DNA from: an uncultured Pseudomonadales bacterium | Lineage (GTDB): Bacteria > Patescibacteriota > Microgenomatia > UBA1400 > PJMF01 | Length of the DNA stretch: 64,000 bases | Assembly: GCA_964625685.1 (NCBI GenBank) | Contig: CAZVBO010000003.1 | Location: forward strand, 298-64,297 | Reading direction: 5' to 3' | Shown here: positions 27,799-37,388 of the stretch, piece by piece | Layout of the letters: each line of letters starts with the position of its first letter | Numbering within the stretch: position 1 is the first letter of the stretch | Notes under the pieces: generated by a model | What the model was told of the DNA's origin: nothing | What the model saw: the letters and a program-made list of their open reading frames with translations, nothing else | Database searches by the model: none | Program-made: the position numbers and the translations under genes

Positions 27799-30237
27799 TT
27801 ACGTCCTCAACTTTTCTTTCACTGGTGAGAAATACCTGTAAAAAATTGAGGTCTTTTGGATGACTTTATCTGCCTTGAGCCAATTCGACCAAGTCCCTAC
27901 CGCACAACCATTGACTGGAGCCACTTTGAAAAAATATTGAGCTTTGGGGTCAAGATCATGAATAGTCACGCTCTGAACTCCATTGTTTGTTTCACTAGTA
28001 ACCTCAGCAGACAATAGTCCGAATCTCTCATCCCCTTCCTTAAAACCAAAGACAACGTGATAGTTTTTGACGTAATCATTCACCGGAGTGAAATACAGCG
28101 TGGCTTGATTGCCACTGCGATTGATTTGAAATAAATCTGGTAAGCCTACTGGGGTAGTACTGTCACAAGTTGGGGGCCGAGCTGGTGACAGTCCCGGGGC
28201 CGAGACGTGATTTTCTGCAATTTGGACCGGTGAAGAAGGTGGTGTGTATTGAGTAATGCTAAAAGTATGAGTGGAGTAGCCGCCAGTATAGGTGAAGGTA
28301 ATCTCACCACTGCTATCAGCGGTACAGATGCCAGCAGTACAATCACTACTGGTAATATCTGCTCCCTGAACATCATCAACTTTGAGAACATATTGGCTAT
28401 TGGCTTGGAGATCACCCACCGTATGAACGGTAGCATCTGAGCCAATGGTATCGGAAGATTCGGTCCAGGTTTTGGCATAATCACCTGAAGTATTCCATTC
28501 ACTGATTGTTAGATTCATCCATTCAGAATAATCCCCGGTCCCAAAACCACCATCAGGAGTAATGGCAAGATTAGCCGTCGTCCCAGAAGGGGTTTGCGTA
28601 TTTCTAAACTTCCCATCAGCATAAATTCTCACATCACCATCAATGTCAATTTCATTAGTGGTAACTTCACTGGTGGGTTGATACTCGTATGCACCAATGT
28701 CTGGAGTTCCATAGATTGGATTACCAAGATAATCCGTCAATAAACCAACGTCAGTTCCCGCATCAATGGCTGGCGAAAGAGCTTGTAGAGATAGGTCAGA
28801 GTTACCGGGATCCGTGAATAAAGGATTAGCTGAAACAGAGTTTTCATCTTTTCCACTTACCAGGCTGTCACTCTGCAATGCTTGCTTCCATTCATTAAAA
28901 TCGTCATAATCCGTTCCACCAACTTTACCTAATTGTGCTCCATTTGTGGGATAATAAAGGTTATTATTTATTTCAACAGAAGTGTAATCGCCAGCCAAAG
29001 CGACACACTGAATATTACTACCTGCCACATCACAGGTGATCGTATTATTTTTTATAATCACTTTTTTACCCGTTAACTGAATATTAATTCCATGTCCTGC
29101 TGTTCCGGTTGGGTGGTGAAGAACAATGTTGTTATATATTCCCGAAGGATTTACTGTTGAAGCACCTCTAAAGTCAATACCATTGACGTGCGAATTCTTT
29201 ACAATGTTGTAATAATAATTATTCCCTCCATTTCCTGAGGCCACTTCATCAAGAACAGGGCTTTCTAGAAAGAAGTTTTTATAAATGTCGTTATTTTCGC
29301 TTGAAAACGAAAGGTATACACCATGTCCTGCAGCACTTGGATAGTCCAGACCATTCCAACAGTAGGAAACATTATTCTCGTAGATAGATGAAGAATCTGT
29401 GTCCTTGATTTGTATACATTCTAAGTATGAATTAGAGCTAGACGTTCCAATCGTGTTACCGCTCACGACTATAAACTCTGAATTTTGTAAATAGATTCCT
29501 TTCAAAGAAGTACTCGTTTTAGTGACATTTGTGTTTGTAAGTGTGTTGTCAGAAATAGTAATAGTGTTTGTAGTGTTTAGGTCGATGCCAACTCCTGTAC
29601 TACTTCCTGTAACAATTTCGTTGCCATCTATTATGATAGTGTCCGATGATGACACATAGATAGCTCTTGCTGTTGTATTACTAATATCATTTCTTTGAAT
29701 AGTGATGTTATTTGATGAACCAAGGACAAATATTGTTGCTACAGTACTATCACTTCTTAAATCCAGATCTTGAAAAGTAAGATAATTTTTCCCGCTAGCA
29801 ATTATTGGATATGTAGATCCACCACTGAGTATTGGTCTATCTCCATCACCATATGCCCCAGTAATAATATTTGAGGACGTTCCCCCTTCATCTACTGATA
29901 TGGAAACTGATAAAAATGCTTCACCTCGTTTAAATAGAACCTGATCTCCATCAAGAAGGATTGTTCCGGCCGCAGTATTTGTTGCGCTTGCATCCCAGGG
30001 GTGGTGAGCCCAAGGTGTATCTACAGAAAGTCCGTTATTAGAGTCAGATCCTGTAGAACTAACATAGTACGTCGCGGCACTAACAGCTTTGGCAGATACC
30101 ATCATCAAAGAAGAAAAGACAACTAATGTTAAACAAAGTCTTGCTGTTAAATGAATCAATTTAGTGGAAATTTTAGGCATGCTAAAACCAGATAGTTGCA
30201 TCAAATTAAGCATATAATACTTGTGTCCCATAGGCAA
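27799..30237 (-). CDS. large secreted right-handed parallel beta-helix repeat protein (pectate-lyase-fold surface protein)
   Basis: Signal peptide (IHLTARLCLTLVVFSSLMMVSAKAVSA). Many beta-helix repeat signatures (NNITIQRNDISNTTARAIYVSSSDTIIIDGNEIV; NTITISDNTLTN). Start may be an internal ATG at 30178-30180 or 30199-30201. Confidence 0.7.
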   Translation of the reverse strand: MPMGHKYYMLNLMQLSGFSMPKISTKLIHLTARLCLTLVVFSSLMMVSAKAVSAATYYVSSTGSDSNNGLSVDTPWAHHPWDASATNTAAGTILLDGDQVLFKRGEAFLSVSISVDEGGTSSNIITGAYGDGDRPILSGGSTYPIIASGKNYLTFQDLDLRSDSTVATIFVLGSSNNITIQRNDISNTTARAIYVSSSDTIIIDGNEIVTGSSTGVGIDLNTTNTITISDNTLTNTNVTKTSTSLKGIYLQNSEFIVVSGNTIGTSSSNSYLECIQIKDTDSSSIYENNVSYCWNGLDYPSAAGHGVYLSFSSENNDIYKNFFLESPVLDEVASGNGGNNYYYNIVKNSHVNGIDFRGASTVNPSGIYNNIVLHHPTGTAGHGINIQLTGKKVIIKNNTITCDVAGSNIQCVALAGDYTSVEINNNLYYPTNGAQLGKVGGTDYDDFNEWKQALQSDSLVSGKDENSVSANPLFTDPGNSDLSLQALSPAIDAGTDVGLLTDYLGNPIYGTPDIGAYEYQPTSEVTTNEIDIDGDVRIYADGKFRNTQTPSGTTANLAITPDGGFGTGDYSEWMNLTISEWNTSGDYAKTWTESSDTIGSDATVHTVGDLQANSQYVLKVDDVQGADITSSDCTAGICTADSSGEITFTYTGGYSTHTFSITQYTPPSSPVQIAENHVSAPGLSPARPPTCDSTTPVGLPDLFQINRSGNQATLYFTPVNDYVKNYHVVFGFKEGDERFGLLSAEVTSETNNGVQSVTIHDLDPKAQYFFKVAPVNGCAVGTWSNWLKADKVIQKTSIFYRYFSPVKEKLRT

Positions 30238-30289
30238 TTAGTGTCTTTCAGGCTAATACCCTTTACTCTAATCCATTTTACACATAACT

Positions 30290-30303
30290 TTCTATATATA
30301 GAA
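30290..30303. promoter_or_regulatory. perfect 14-bp palindrome TTCTATATATAGAA in the divergent promoter region between beta-helix gene and XRE gene (candidate XRE operator)
   Basis: Direct reading of the sequence. Lies 36 nt upstream of the XRE start codon. Confidence 0.35.
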
Positions 30304-30338
30304 TGGTCAAATATGGAAACTCCTCAAATAATTGAGGC

Positions 30339-30575
30339 ATGGCAAGTATCTATGACCATGGTGAATACTTAAGTGAAAGAAAACGCCTTGGTAAAACCAT
30401 CAAGACTATCAGACAAAGCAAGAAAATGACTCAAGAGGACTTGGCAGAGTATGCAGATATTAATGTGTCCTACCTTGCCAAAATTGAGAATGGGTATGTC
30501 AATACCTCAGTCAGGTACCTCATTAAAATTGCCAAAGGCTTAAAAACCAAAGTCAAAGAGTTGTTTGAGTTTTAG
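30339..30575 (+). CDS. XRE-family helix-turn-helix transcriptional regulator
   Basis: MTQEDLAEYADINVSYLAKIENG is an HTH_3 (Cro/C1) signature. 78 aa. Confidence 0.75.
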   Translation: MASIYDHGEYLSERKRLGKTIKTIRQSKKMTQEDLAEYADINVSYLAKIENGYVNTSVRYLIKIAKGLKTKVKELFEF

Positions 30576-30588
30576 AAAAAAATCTCAC

Positions 30589-31443
30589 TTAAAGTTCACC
30601 ACCAGCTCTGTTTCTCGTTTGTTGGGGGACGGACAGATAGTTTTTTCTGGTTGATACTTTCTTACCAGATTCTTCTTCCAATTTTCTTCTGGCATCTCCG
30701 GCAATCTTACCACCTTTTTGAGCAGCAGTTTTGTTCTTCTCAAATCCCTGAGCATCTTTGCTTCTGGCGATTTCCGTTGTTGATGCCTCACCAAGCATTG
30801 AAAAAATTAACTCTAAATCATCCATATGATCTCTCAAATTTTCTCTTTTGAGATTTTTGAACTTTTTATACTCTGATGGGGTCATCCCAAAAGTGGCTTT
30901 GGAAATTTCAGCCGTAAGAATTGCGTATTCATGGTCATGACTCACATCACGCTTTTTCCATTCGTCAGTCAGTGTTTCTCTGATTTCAATACCTCTCATT
31001 CGCTTTTCAATCCAACTGTCGGGGTAGCCTTTGGCTTTGTACAGGGCTCTGGTTCTTTTAGTGGCTAGTTCCGGGTCTTCAATTTCTTGCACTCGCTCAT
31101 AGCCAACTTTAGCTAACCAACGTTTGAAGGGTTCTGCTTTAGGAGAAGGGATAGATTGAACAAGACGAAAGACACCTTCGGTATTCCAGCAGTAAGCCTT
31201 TTGTTTGCCACCCGCTGTCTCAACGGCAAGCATAAGGGGTGGTACAAATTGTACCCCTCCTTCTTCAGTTAATTTTTTTAATTCAGCATCACGTAATTTT
31301 AGACGCTTAAAATACTGGGCTGGATCATGAGAATCAGTTAAAGCTTCAATAACATCGTTAACAGAAAACCACCATTCATTCCTATAAATAGTTTTTCTGA
31401 TTTTTCTGCCTTTAAAAATGGAGATTTTGCCGGATTTTGGCAT
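30589..31443 (-). CDS. Bro-N domain protein / DNA-damage-inducible protein D (DinD)-like
   Basis: N-terminal RNEWWFSVNDVIEALTDSHDPAQYFKRLK is Bro-N-like. The central and C-terminal pattern (KGYPDSWIEKRMRGIEIR...GMTPSEYKKFKNLKRENLRDHMDDLELIF) resembles DinD, but this is assigned from memory of family consensus only. Confidence 0.5.
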   Translation of the reverse strand: MPKSGKISIFKGRKIRKTIYRNEWWFSVNDVIEALTDSHDPAQYFKRLKLRDAELKKLTEEGGVQFVPPLMLAVETAGGKQKAYCWNTEGVFRLVQSIPSPKAEPFKRWLAKVGYERVQEIEDPELATKRTRALYKAKGYPDSWIEKRMRGIEIRETLTDEWKKRDVSHDHEYAILTAEISKATFGMTPSEYKKFKNLKRENLRDHMDDLELIFSMLGEASTTEIARSKDAQGFEKNKTAAQKGGKIAGDARRKLEEESGKKVSTRKNYLSVPQQTRNRAGGEL

Positions 31444-31607
31444 ACATTTAGTATATCTTATACATACGTACTAATAAACACTCTAGTCATGTATAACTAC
31501 TATTGGAGTTAGAGTGGCTTTATATATTCAACCACTGGAATTAGAGTAGCAGACTTTAGTGACAATAAAGTGACCTTCTTTAGTGACTTCTGTGCTAAGA
31601 TAATCCT

Positions 31608-32615
31608 ATGTCAGAACCAACCAAAATTGGGATTATTGGACTGGGCAGTTTAGGGACTGCTTTGGCCCAAATTTTAGCCAAAGATGGACATCAAGTCATC
31701 GGTTGGGCTCACAGCCAAAAGGTGACTGACGATATTAACCAAAACCACCGCAATAGTAAATACTTTCCCCACACCAAATTAGAAAAAAATATCACCGCTA
31801 CCTCTGATCTTTCAAAACTGGCAACTCATTTTTCATTTACACCAAACACTGACACGACTCACCATGTATTGTTACTCTGCATTCCGTCCAATCACCTCAA
31901 TGGCACGTTATCGGAACTAGCCAAGCTGACCATGTCTCAGCAAACCATCATTATCAACACCGCCAAAGGCCTCCACACCGACTCGGCTGTCCCCGTCTTT
32001 GAAGCCATTAAAACCCAGTTTCCCCACTACTCGGTAGCACAAATTTCTGGGCCGATGATTGCCAGTGAACTCATTACTGGTAATGTCACCGCTGGCATTA
32101 TCGCTTGTGAAGATAAACATACCGAATTTTTAAAAACCTTGTTTGCGCACACCAACTTGCACTTGAACTTCTCAGCCGATGTGACTGGGGTAGTTTGGTG
32201 TGGCATTCTGAAAAATATCTACGCGATAGGGGTGGGAATGCTGGATAGCTTAACGGATAACAATACCAACGCCAAAGGCATTTACTTGACAAAAGCCCTC
32301 GAAGAAATGAGCACCTTTGTCAAACTGAAACAAGGCAAAACTAAGACTGTTTATGGAGTCGCTGGGGTGGGAGATCTGATTACTACGTCACTGAGTCACA
32401 GTAGCCATAATCGAACCTTTGGTTGTCGAATTGCCGATGAACCAGAAACGGCTGATTCCGGCTATCAACCAGAGGGTTGTCACACCCTTCAAGTCTTTTT
32501 TGATCACTCTGATCAAGAGATGATCGAACATTTGCCACTCGCCTATTTAACATATCAATACACTCAATTAACCCTTTCTCTGGAAGAATGGTATGAGCGG
32601 AGCATGAAGGTTTAA
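31608..32615 (+). CDS. gpsA: NAD(P)H-dependent glycerol-3-phosphate dehydrogenase
   Basis: N-terminal Rossmann IGIIGLGSLGTALAQILAKDGHQV plus a GpsA-like C-terminal domain. Immediately followed by glpK. Confidence 0.75.
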   Translation: MSEPTKIGIIGLGSLGTALAQILAKDGHQVIGWAHSQKVTDDINQNHRNSKYFPHTKLEKNITATSDLSKLATHFSFTPNTDTTHHVLLLCIPSNHLNGTLSELAKLTMSQQTIIINTAKGLHTDSAVPVFEAIKTQFPHYSVAQISGPMIASELITGNVTAGIIACEDKHTEFLKTLFAHTNLHLNFSADVTGVVWCGILKNIYAIGVGMLDSLTDNNTNAKGIYLTKALEEMSTFVKLKQGKTKTVYGVAGVGDLITTSLSHSSHNRTFGCRIADEPETADSGYQPEGCHTLQVFFDHSDQEMIEHLPLAYLTYQYTQLTLSLEEWYERSMKV

Positions 32616-34079
32616 ATGGCAGATACAGAGCAACTTCTTCTAGCTTTAGACTTAGGCACTACCGGGGTCAGAACCATTGCTTTTGATCAACAAGGTCAAA
32701 TAATCGCCAAAGCCTACCAACCTTTGCAGTTGTTTACTCCCCAACCCGGCTGGGTGGAACAAGATCCACAAGAAGTCTGGGAACAAACTGTGGAAACCCT
32801 TCAAACAGTAGTCAAAAAAGTTGGTGAGAAAAAAGTGCTGTCGCTCAGCATCACCAATCAACGCGAGAGTTGTTTGCTGTGGAGTCAAAAAAGTGGCAAA
32901 ACTTTATCACCCATTATCAGTTGGCAAGATGGACGCACCGAAAAGATATGTCAAAAACTGACTCCCCACCAGGAAGTCTTCAAGAATCGAACCGGTCTTT
33001 TTCCTCAGCCCTATTCCACAGGTAGTAAACTGAAATGGCTTACTTCACACATTGATTTCTCTTTGGAAACAACCAAATTTGGAACTCTTGATACCTGGTT
33101 ACTTTGGAAGTTAACTGGCGGCGAAGTCTTTGCTACCGAACCGAGTAATGCCAGCCGTACGCTCTTTTACAACATTAAAACTCACCAATATGATCAGTAC
33201 CTGCTTGATTTGTTAGGATTATCTCGATTACCCATGAGTATGTTGCCGGAAGTTCTCCCCAGTAATTCTGGCTTTGGCTTAACCGATCCTTTAACCACTG
33301 GTATGTCCATTCCCATCCACAGTATCTTAGGCGATCAACAAGCCTCCTTATTTAGTCACACCCAATTTAAACCAGGGCAGTTGAAAAGTACCTATGGTAC
33401 TGGCATTTTTGTTTTAGAAAGTACTGGGGAAAAATTGGTGCCATCAACTCATTTAATTAGTACGATTGCGGGACAAATCAATGACCAATATTACTACGCA
33501 GTGGAAGGCAGTATTTTGATGGGTGGCTCGCTGGTGCAGTGGTTACGAGATAAATTACAACTGATTGACAGTTTAGCAGAAAGTACTCGCTTAGCTCGTA
33601 CCCTCAAAGGGAATGATGGAGTCTATTGTGTCCCTGCCTTTGCAGGCTTGGGAGCTCCCTATTGGGATAGCCACGCCCAAGGTTTATTCACCGGCTTGAG
33701 TCATCATACTACTAAAGCCCACCTAGTTAGAGCGGCACTAGAGGCACTCGTCTATCAAACAGTCGATGTTCTCAATCAACTTAAAAAAGGTAAAAACACA
33801 CATGGGGCAATACAATGTGATGGAGGCGCTACCGTCAATCCATTTTTAATGCAATTTTTAGCCGATATGACTGGTCTGAAAATTCAAGTTACTCGCCAAA
33901 CAGAAGGCACTGCCTGGGGGGTTGTTGGTTTGGCTGGGATTACCCAACAAGTCTGGACTGCCAAACAATATCAAGCCCTCAATAAAATTGACAAAGTGTA
34001 TACTCCCCATCTTGATGAAGAAATTCGTCACACCAATTATCAAGGGTGGCAACAAGCCGTGACAAAAAGTCGAGTTTAA
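32616..34079 (+). CDS. glpK: glycerol kinase (FGGY family)
   Basis: LALDLGTTGVRTIAFD N-terminal motif and FGGY C-terminal GGA motifs (CDGGATVNPFLMQFLADMTGLKI). Confidence 0.9.
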   Translation: MADTEQLLLALDLGTTGVRTIAFDQQGQIIAKAYQPLQLFTPQPGWVEQDPQEVWEQTVETLQTVVKKVGEKKVLSLSITNQRESCLLWSQKSGKTLSPIISWQDGRTEKICQKLTPHQEVFKNRTGLFPQPYSTGSKLKWLTSHIDFSLETTKFGTLDTWLLWKLTGGEVFATEPSNASRTLFYNIKTHQYDQYLLDLLGLSRLPMSMLPEVLPSNSGFGLTDPLTTGMSIPIHSILGDQQASLFSHTQFKPGQLKSTYGTGIFVLESTGEKLVPSTHLISTIAGQINDQYYYAVEGSILMGGSLVQWLRDKLQLIDSLAESTRLARTLKGNDGVYCVPAFAGLGAPYWDSHAQGLFTGLSHHTTKAHLVRAALEALVYQTVDVLNQLKKGKNTHGAIQCDGGATVNPFLMQFLADMTGLKIQVTRQTEGTAWGVVGLAGITQQVWTAKQYQALNKIDKVYTPHLDEEIRHTNYQGWQQAVTKSRV

Positions 34080-34082
34080 TAA

Positions 34083-35909
34083 TTACCGACTGCGAGGATT
34101 TTTTTGGCGGCGACGCTCAATGTCAGTTAAAAACTTTTTGCGTAGTCTGAGTGATAACGGGGTGATTTCCAGTAATTCATCTTCTTCCAAAAAATCGAGT
34201 GACTGTTCCAAACTCATTTTCAAAGCCGGCGTTAAGTGAATAATCCCATCGGAAGAATGCGTTCGCATATTGGTTAATTGTTTGCCTTTGCACACATTGA
34301 CTTCAATATCTTCGGATTTAGCATTCAGACCCACAATCATGCCTTCATAGACATGAGTTCCTGGCTCCACAAAAGTAATACCTCGTTCTTGAGCGGCTTT
34401 CAGACCATAAGACAGCACTTCGCCACCTTGAGAAGCAATCAAGACTCCTTTTCGCATTTGTGGAATCTCGCGGCCGACTGGTTCGTAACCATACAATTGG
34501 CTGTTAAAAACAACAGTGCCTTTAGTCAAGGTTAATAATAAACTTCTCAACCCAATAATACCTCGAGTGGTAATATGATAGATAAACTCAACCTCAGATT
34601 CTGAAATCTGAGCTTGAGATTGAAGTTGACCATAGCGTTTGCCCAATTCCTGATTGATTACTCCCATGTATTCTTGGGGGACAATGATGCTGACTTCTTC
34701 GACGGGTTCCTGTTTTTGACCATCAATCTCTTTGGTGATCACTTCCGGTTTACCAACCTCCATTTCAAAACCCTCACGACGCATCGTTTCTAGTAAAATT
34801 GACAAATGAAGTTCTCCTCGACCGGAAACCTTAAATTTACCACTTTCTAATTTTTCTACTCTCAAACTTAAGTTACTTTCCAATTCTTTGATCAGCCGTT
34901 CTTCAATTTGCCGACTGGTGGTAAAGTCACCCTCTTTCCCTGACATGGGTGAAGTATTGGCTCCCATAATAATATGGAGTGTTGGTTCCCCCACTTCAAT
35001 TAATGAAAGTGGAGTCGTATCAGCACTATCACACAGTGTTTGCCCAATTTGAATGTCTTGAATACCGGTAAAAGCCACAATGTCACCACACATGGCTTGA
35101 TCTACTTTCATTCGACCTAAGCCATCAGATAACATTAAATTTTCGACTCGATATTTTCTGGTAGGATCTTCCGCTAAAACTACTTGGTCCCCTTGATGAA
35201 GTTGACCTTGATAAATTTTACCAATCACAATTCTGCCTAAATGTGGATTGTAATCTAAAGTGGAGACAACCATTTTATAAGGCAGATCGCTTCGATCTTC
35301 AGGAGCAGGAATTTCCCGGATAATAGTTTCCAACAATGGTTTTACATCCGCATCTTGATTATAGTCAGTCGGAAGTTCCACAAAGACTTTTCCTTGACGA
35401 GCAATGGCGTACAAAATCGGAAAATCTAATTGAGCTTCATCAGTTGCCAACTCTAAAAATAAATCAGTTAATTTATTAATCACAAAATCAACCCGAGCAA
35501 ACTGTTTATCAATTTTATTGATCACTACAATAATTTTGAGATTTAACTCCAGCGCTTTTTTTAAGACAAACCGAGTTTGAGGCATCGGTCCTTCTTGGGC
35601 ATCGACAATTAACAAGGCTCCATCGGCCATGGATAAAGTTCGTTCGACTTCGCCAGAAAAATCAGCGTGACCAGGAGTATCAATAATATTGATCTTGGTG
35701 TCACCATAATGGATGGCACAATTTTTAGCCAAAATGGTAATCCCACGCTCTCGTTCAATGTCATTACTATCCAGGATTCGTTCCTGACTCATTTCTTCCT
35801 GATTGGAGCGGAAGACGTGAGTTTGCTTCAATAAGGCATCAATTAAAGTGGTTTTACCGTGATCAACATGGGCAATTACCGCCACATTGCGGATATCTTG
35901 AGTTTTCAT
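34083..35909 (-). CDS. typA: translational GTPase TypA/BipA
   Basis: AIIAHVDHGKTTLIDALLKQT G1 motif, DTPGHADF, and an EF-G-like domain architecture. Confidence 0.9.
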   Translation of the reverse strand: MKTQDIRNVAVIAHVDHGKTTLIDALLKQTHVFRSNQEEMSQERILDSNDIERERGITILAKNCAIHYGDTKINIIDTPGHADFSGEVERTLSMADGALLIVDAQEGPMPQTRFVLKKALELNLKIIVVINKIDKQFARVDFVINKLTDLFLELATDEAQLDFPILYAIARQGKVFVELPTDYNQDADVKPLLETIIREIPAPEDRSDLPYKMVVSTLDYNPHLGRIVIGKIYQGQLHQGDQVVLAEDPTRKYRVENLMLSDGLGRMKVDQAMCGDIVAFTGIQDIQIGQTLCDSADTTPLSLIEVGEPTLHIIMGANTSPMSGKEGDFTTSRQIEERLIKELESNLSLRVEKLESGKFKVSGRGELHLSILLETMRREGFEMEVGKPEVITKEIDGQKQEPVEEVSIIVPQEYMGVINQELGKRYGQLQSQAQISESEVEFIYHITTRGIIGLRSLLLTLTKGTVVFNSQLYGYEPVGREIPQMRKGVLIASQGGEVLSYGLKAAQERGITFVEPGTHVYEGMIVGLNAKSEDIEVNVCKGKQLTNMRTHSSDGIIHLTPALKMSLEQSLDFLEEDELLEITPLSLRLRKKFLTDIERRRQKNPRSR

Positions 35910-36171
35910 ATACGACTATCCTTTAGGAAAGTTAAAAACAACCTATAATTATAGCACTCTTCCCTGAGAAGATCAATTCTAAGAAAGGTCAAAGCTAGTA
36001 ACTACAATCACGCACCACAGCCCAAGAAATTACCGTTCCACTCTGGGAACGATTAACAACGCATTCCATTGTTCCTACAAACCACCCACAACCTACTACA
36101 ATTAATCCTAGCCAACCAAACAGTAACCACATCCAAGTGGGAATCTTTTTTTTCTTCATCAGTAAAGTTTA

Positions 36172-36900
36172 TCAGTCTTTCACCAATAACATCAATCCGA
36201 TTCCGGCCAAAAAGCAAATAAAGGCAGTAATCATCTTGGAAAAGGTAGTATGCTTTCGAATTTCTGGAATCAGATCTGAAGATGCAATATACAAAAAGCC
36301 ACCAGCTGCGAGAGGCAATAAGTAAGCGGCTAACGACTCCGACTGTTCACTTAAGATGTAACCAATGATAGCCCCAGCCATCCCCAACAAAGCACTGATA
36401 AAGTTAAAAAAGAGGGCTTTCTTTCGAGAAAAACCTGCATGAAGTAAGACTCCAAAATCACCTATTTCTTGAGGAATTTCGTGAGAGGCAATGGCGATAG
36501 TCGTCGCCCAACCTAAAGGAACACTGGTGATAAAGGCTCCGGCAATGACTAAACCATCAATAAAGTTATGGACTCCATCTCCAATTAAGTTCATATACCC
36601 AAAAGAGTGAACAGAACAATCTTCATCATGACAGTGACGCCAATGAAGCACTTTTTCAATCAACAGAAAGAAGACAAATGACCACAGAGTAGTTTGAAGC
36701 ACCGTTTCAGCTGATAGTTCTTCCATCGCCTCTGGCAGTAAGTGGTAAAAAACGCCCCCCATTAAAGTGCCCGCTGCAACTGCAATCAGAAACACTAAAA
36801 TTTTATCGGTCTGTTCCTTTTTCAAGGATAGAGTAAAAACCCCAATCAAAGAAACCAAACTAATAAGAAGTGAAGCGGTTAAAATGTAAAATAAGGTCAT
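36172..36900 (-). CDS. zupT: ZIP family zinc transporter (ZupT-like)
   Basis: HNFIDGLVIAGAF and HEIPQEIGDFGVLL ZIP signatures. Start chosen at the internal ATG 36898-36900 to avoid overlap with the divergent zur gene and its operator; the ORF track extends to 36981. Confidence 0.75.
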   Translation of the reverse strand: MTLFYILTASLLISLVSLIGVFTLSLKKEQTDKILVFLIAVAAGTLMGGVFYHLLPEAMEELSAETVLQTTLWSFVFFLLIEKVLHWRHCHDEDCSVHSFGYMNLIGDGVHNFIDGLVIAGAFITSVPLGWATTIAIASHEIPQEIGDFGVLLHAGFSRKKALFFNFISALLGMAGAIIGYILSEQSESLAAYLLPLAAGGFLYIASSDLIPEIRKHTTFSKMITAFICFLAGIGLMLLVKD

Positions 36901-36928
36901 GAGGGGAATTGTAACAGCAATTGAATGA

Positions 36929-36949
36929 TTATGCAACCAGGTTGCATAA
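36929..36949. promoter_or_regulatory. perfect 10-1-10 palindrome TTATGCAACC-A-GGTTGCATAA (candidate Zur/Fur box) followed by extended -10 TGgTATAAT (36951-36959)
   Basis: Direct reading of the sequence. Lies in the divergent zur/zupT intergenic region, 26 nt upstream of the zur ATG. Confidence 0.5.
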
Positions 36950-36974
36950 GTGGTATAATTATGAATAAGACCAT

Positions 36975-37340
36975 ATGTCAAAACATTCTATCGATCTTAC
37001 TACTCTCATTACCCAACTATTGACTAAACAGCATCTTTTAACGGCTAATCAGCTCATTCAATCACTTCAGACCGAAGGCGAAACTTACAACAAAACCAGT
37101 GTCTATCGTGCTCTGGATAAAATGCTGGCTGAAGGTAAAGTTTGTAAACATACTTTTCGTGATAATGAAGCTGTTTACGAGTTACGATCACACCATCATG
37201 ATCACCTCATCTGTCAAAACTGTGGCAAAATAGAGACTGTTCACTGTCAAATTGACTCTCCTCCTGATCTCCATGGCTTCATCATTGATCACCATCATTT
37301 GACTTTCTTTGGGACTTGCGGAGAGTGTCAAGCCAAATAA
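36975..37340 (+). CDS. zur: Fur family transcriptional regulator (likely Zur)
   Basis: Winged-helix N-terminus (RLTANQLIQSLQTEGETYNKTSVYRALDKM). HHHDH and CxxC (CQNCGKIE, CGEC) metal sites. Divergent from a ZIP transporter gene. Confidence 0.75.
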   Translation: MSKHSIDLTTLITQLLTKQHLLTANQLIQSLQTEGETYNKTSVYRALDKMLAEGKVCKHTFRDNEAVYELRSHHHDHLICQNCGKIETVHCQIDSPPDLHGFIIDHHHLTFFGTCGECQAK

Positions 37341-37343
37341 AAC

Positions 37344-37365
37344 CCCCTCCACAGGTGAAGGGGGT
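37344..37365. terminator. GC hairpin ccccct-N10-aggggg; on the minus strand it is followed by ttttatttgg (terminator for the 37389-37913 gene)
   Basis: Direct reading of the sequence. Sits between the convergent zur and periplasmic-protein genes. Confidence 0.4.
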
Positions 37366-37388
37366 AGTCTGTCCAGCAGTCAAAAATA

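Noticed and set aside
36137-36325. Plus-strand 62-aa ORF overlapping the zupT 3' end.
   Set aside because: Overlaps the conserved ZIP transporter coding region. A hand-translated minus-strand small ORF (35995-36159) fits the intergenic space better.
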